Source: Prolixibacteraceae bacterium (lineage in GTDB: Bacteria > Bacteroidota > Bacteroidia > Bacteroidales > Prolixibacteraceae). From it: a stretch of DNA of 64,000 bases. Each line of letters opens with the position of its first letter. Position 1 is the stretch's first letter. The DNA is taken from NCBI GenBank assembly GCA_027858715.1, contig JAQICD010000118.1, positions 7,730 to 71,729 of the forward strand, in the 5' to 3' direction. The position numbers were made by a program, and so were the translations under genes. This document shows positions 61,160 to 64,000 of the stretch, one piece after another. The notes under the pieces were generated by a model. That model ran no database searches. It was not told the origin of the DNA and saw only the letters and a list, made by a program, of their open reading frames with translations.

Positions 61160-62131
61160 ATGAAAATTCTCGGACATCAAATATTGCCCGGTACAAGCAT
61201 GCAGTTAAATATGGCTGTTGCTCGCCTACATACACGAACTCGTATTGAGGTTCCTGTTATTATTGAACGTGCCAAAAACGACGGTCCATGCCTTTTGCTG
61301 ATGGCAGGCATACACGGCAATGAAGTTAATGGTATCGAAATAGTCCGCAAAATCATATCAAAGGGTTATAATGTCCCCGAAAATGGAACAATTATTTGTA
61401 TCCCGATTTTAAACATTTTTGGATTTTTAAACCAACAACGCGAATTTCCCGATGGTCGTGACCTTAACCGTATGTTTCCAGGGTCAGCAAATGGCTCTCT
61501 TGCCAGTAGATTTGCTCATATTTTTATGACAGAAATAATGCCGCACATTGATTATTGTATCGATTTTCATTCTGGAGGTGAGCAACGCTTTAATTATTCA
61601 CAAATACGCATTAGTGAAGGCGATGCAGAAAATTTTATCCTAGCAAAAGTATTTGGAGCTAAGTTTATTGTGAAAGCACCACAACGTGAAAAATCATTTC
61701 GCGATATCGCATTTAAAAAAGGGAAAAAGATTCTTTTATTTGAAGGGGGTAAATCGCTTTACCTCGATAAAAACGTTACCAACTCAGGAATGCAGGGTTC
61801 TTTAAATGTAATTCAATATTTAGGCATACGTGATTTTTCTAATGTAGCACCTTTTTATCCTTTACCCGATGAGCTTATCAGTGTGAATACTTCGACATGG
61901 ATCAGAGCAAAATATTCAGGCATGTTTCGTTCGAATATCCGAATTGGAAGTTTCGTCAAAAAAGGTGAAGTTTTGGGAACGATATCCGATCCGTTTGGTG
62001 ATTTCGAAAAGGAAATTAAAGCGCCAAATAACGGATTCATTTTGTGCCGCGATCACTCGCCCATCATTAATCAGGGCTCGGCTCTCATACATCTCACAAC
62101 AAAATACGAAATAATCAAACAACAGTCTTAG
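61160..62131 (+). CDS. Succinylglutamate desuccinylase/aspartoacylase (M14) family protein
   Basis: AGIHGNEVNG, DLNRMFPG, IDFHSGG, FEGG. Confidence 0.9.
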   Translation: MKILGHQILPGTSMQLNMAVARLHTRTRIEVPVIIERAKNDGPCLLLMAGIHGNEVNGIEIVRKIISKGYNVPENGTIICIPILNIFGFLNQQREFPDGRDLNRMFPGSANGSLASRFAHIFMTEIMPHIDYCIDFHSGGEQRFNYSQIRISEGDAENFILAKVFGAKFIVKAPQREKSFRDIAFKKGKKILLFEGGKSLYLDKNVTNSGMQGSLNVIQYLGIRDFSNVAPFYPLPDELISVNTSTWIRAKYSGMFRSNIRIGSFVKKGEVLGTISDPFGDFEKEIKAPNNGFILCRDHSPIINQGSALIHLTTKYEIIKQQS

Positions 62132-62138
62132 TTTGTAT

Positions 62139-63617
62139 TTATAGCTGAATCCAGCCATTACGACTTACTGGTCTAACGGTTTCGTTAATAAATTGTTCTG
62201 CGTTGTACTTTTGAACTGAAGCACTTGTGCGAGCTAATCCGTTTTGTATGCTATAAGTTTTGTTGTTAACTATTGCTATCTCATCGTAGCTGCTTACATT
62301 CGTAAAATGCATTTGCAGGCTATCCCATACCAGTTTTCGTTTTAACGATTGAAGACGAACAGCCATTGAACCCACAAGCAGGGTTTCGGTAAGTGTTTTT
62401 TGGCTTTCAAATGATGCCGATGCAGCCAATCGGTTTGCAGCAGATTCTTTACATGCCCTTACCCAATCCTTTTCATGTCCGTTAAGTCCACCTTCCACAC
62501 GATGCAGCACACGTCCTGTTTCAATGCTTACTTTTGTTCTATTCATGAAAACTGAAAAATTATCACCTCCTGGACCACAAATCAAAACACCCTTTTCCCC
62601 TTCAAATATTAATCCGCCCTGCTCGTAGCTTTCTAATATGTTTGAAGGCAGATGTTCATTCAAAACAGGAATCAATCCCCCATCATACCAATTTAGCTCA
62701 AGTTCGGGCATTGCCAGCTGCGGCAGATTATTGCGTCGCGCAAAAGTGAAATTGATTTTTTGAGCAAGTGGCGCCGAATACAGATTAACATCCGAAGAAC
62801 CTGCCAGCACCGATACAGGCGCTTGTAGCTTGAATGATCTGAAAACAGGTTCGAGAAGTTGTGATGCAATATATCCTAAAGTTCCGTTTCCAAATTGCCA
62901 CCAGGCTCTCCACCCAAAAGGAGTATATTTTTCGTTGTAAGGAATTTGCGCTGATGGACCAAGGAACAAGCTCCAGTTTAAATTATTTGGAGTTCGCATT
63001 TCTTCAGGCATAGTCGGGAATCCTTGTTTCCATTGAGGGGCATTAGTCCAGGCCTGTACTGTTCTCACACTGCCAATTGCACCTGACCAAACTGCTTCGG
63101 CAATATCTCGAGTGTTATCGCCCGATGATACGTGGTTGCCAACCTGGGTCGCTACATTATAAATAGCGGCTGAATCGGTAATACGCTTTGTGTCGTAAAT
63201 GGCATGAGCCATTGGCGCTTGCACAAATACATGCTTTTGTAATTGGATAGCAGATAAGGCAATTATTGCATGTGAATGGTCGGGTGTTGCAATCAATACT
63301 GCATCAATTCCCTTTTCTTTTTCAAGCATTTCGCGGAAATCGGTGTACGTTTTGGCTCGACTCCAGCGTCTGAATGATTTTTCTGCATAATTCCGGTCAA
63401 TATCACACAATGCAGCAATATTCTCTTGCTCTAAATTCAGAAGATTTTGATAACCTACACCTCCTACACCCACTGCGGCAATATTTAACTTGTCGGATGG
63501 CACTGTATGCCCCATTCCCGATATTACTGCTGATGGCAAAATAGTTAGTGCTGTTGCACCTGTTAAAGATGATTTTAAAAACTTACGTCGCGATTTTGAA
63601 AATGATTCTTCTGCCAT
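62139..63617 (-). CDS. Tat-exported Gfo/Idh/MocA family oxidoreductase-like protein
   Basis: SRRKFLK Tat motif, VGVGGVG, IATPDHSHA, WRAWWQFGNG. Confidence 0.85.
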   Translation of the reverse strand: MAEESFSKSRRKFLKSSLTGATALTILPSAVISGMGHTVPSDKLNIAAVGVGGVGYQNLLNLEQENIAALCDIDRNYAEKSFRRWSRAKTYTDFREMLEKEKGIDAVLIATPDHSHAIIALSAIQLQKHVFVQAPMAHAIYDTKRITDSAAIYNVATQVGNHVSSGDNTRDIAEAVWSGAIGSVRTVQAWTNAPQWKQGFPTMPEEMRTPNNLNWSLFLGPSAQIPYNEKYTPFGWRAWWQFGNGTLGYIASQLLEPVFRSFKLQAPVSVLAGSSDVNLYSAPLAQKINFTFARRNNLPQLAMPELELNWYDGGLIPVLNEHLPSNILESYEQGGLIFEGEKGVLICGPGGDNFSVFMNRTKVSIETGRVLHRVEGGLNGHEKDWVRACKESAANRLAASASFESQKTLTETLLVGSMAVRLQSLKRKLVWDSLQMHFTNVSSYDEIAIVNNKTYSIQNGLARTSASVQKYNAEQFINETVRPVSRNGWIQL

Positions 63618-63921
63618 ATCCCTTTTGTTAAAACAATCCTAAATATAGAAAAAACAATGATATTTTGAACGGCTTGTTGCTAACAGTTCAGCATTTAGTA
63701 AATGCTTGTTACTTTTATTCCGATAATGGATATACCATAACATGTTGATTTAAAGATTAAATATTATCGTTTACTTAAGTAATAAGTTAAGTAAAATTAT
63801 CCTCTTAGTCAAGTTTATAAAACGCATTGGTTAACTTTTTACTTTCAAAAGCATCATTTTTGAACGGTTTTGAATCAAATCATTACTTTTGTGAAAAATT
63901 GAAAACTATAATTATTTAACT

Positions 63922-64000
63922 ATGCAATTAAAATACGGAATGAATCCGAATCAGGATTACGCTGAAGTAATCGCACCTGAAAATTCATTTCAGGTACTTA
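63922..64000 (+). CDS. Start of a probable AICAR transformylase (PurH-related), truncated by the window
   Basis: MQLKYGMNPNQ resembles the LKYGxNPxQ motif. Confidence 0.55.
   Translation, partial: MQLKYGMNPNQDYAEVIAPENSFQVL

Noticed and set aside
63618-63921. Possible ZMP/ZTP riboswitch upstream of the PurH-like gene
   Set aside because: No GC-rich riboswitch consensus is visible, and a TACTTTTG promoter lies close to the ATG.
1-64000. CRISPR arrays, IS elements, prophage, retron/DGR or defence systems
   Set aside because: No repeat-spacer arrays, transposases, integrases, reverse transcriptases or phage genes recognised by eye.

Overview
AT-rich core-chromosome segment of a Bacteroidota bacterium, probably Bacteroidales/Marinilabiliales-like, judged from the TAnnTTTG promoters and gene content. 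It carries dnaA, dnaX, gyrA, clpC, pheT, pyrBI, pyk, typA, kdsA, cysH, ptb-buk, a rimK operon, envelope genes and a tRNA-Thr(CGT)/tRNA-Gly(CCC) pair. I saw no CRISPR array, IS/transposase, integrase, prophage or rRNA. Most notable observations: (1) dnaX is split at an A10 run that contains an in-phase A_AAA_AAG, so full-length tau would need a -1 frameshift or slippage. (2) A czcA(TolC)-czcB efflux operon and an alanine/glycine symporter gene have been shortened by repeated internal deletions, some at junctions consistent with microhomology. (3) A candidate ~90-nt sRNA has its own promoter and terminator, six TTAG repeats and a seed antisense to A-rich start-codon regions. (4) A pyrL-like leader ORF and attenuator precede pyrBI. 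(5) A structured leader could occlude the start of a DEAD-box helicase. (6) Three full-length genes appear to encode pseudoenzymes (histidine kinase, GH36-like glycosidase, Gfo/Idh/MocA oxidoreductase). All assignments come from reading motifs by eye; no database searches were run.
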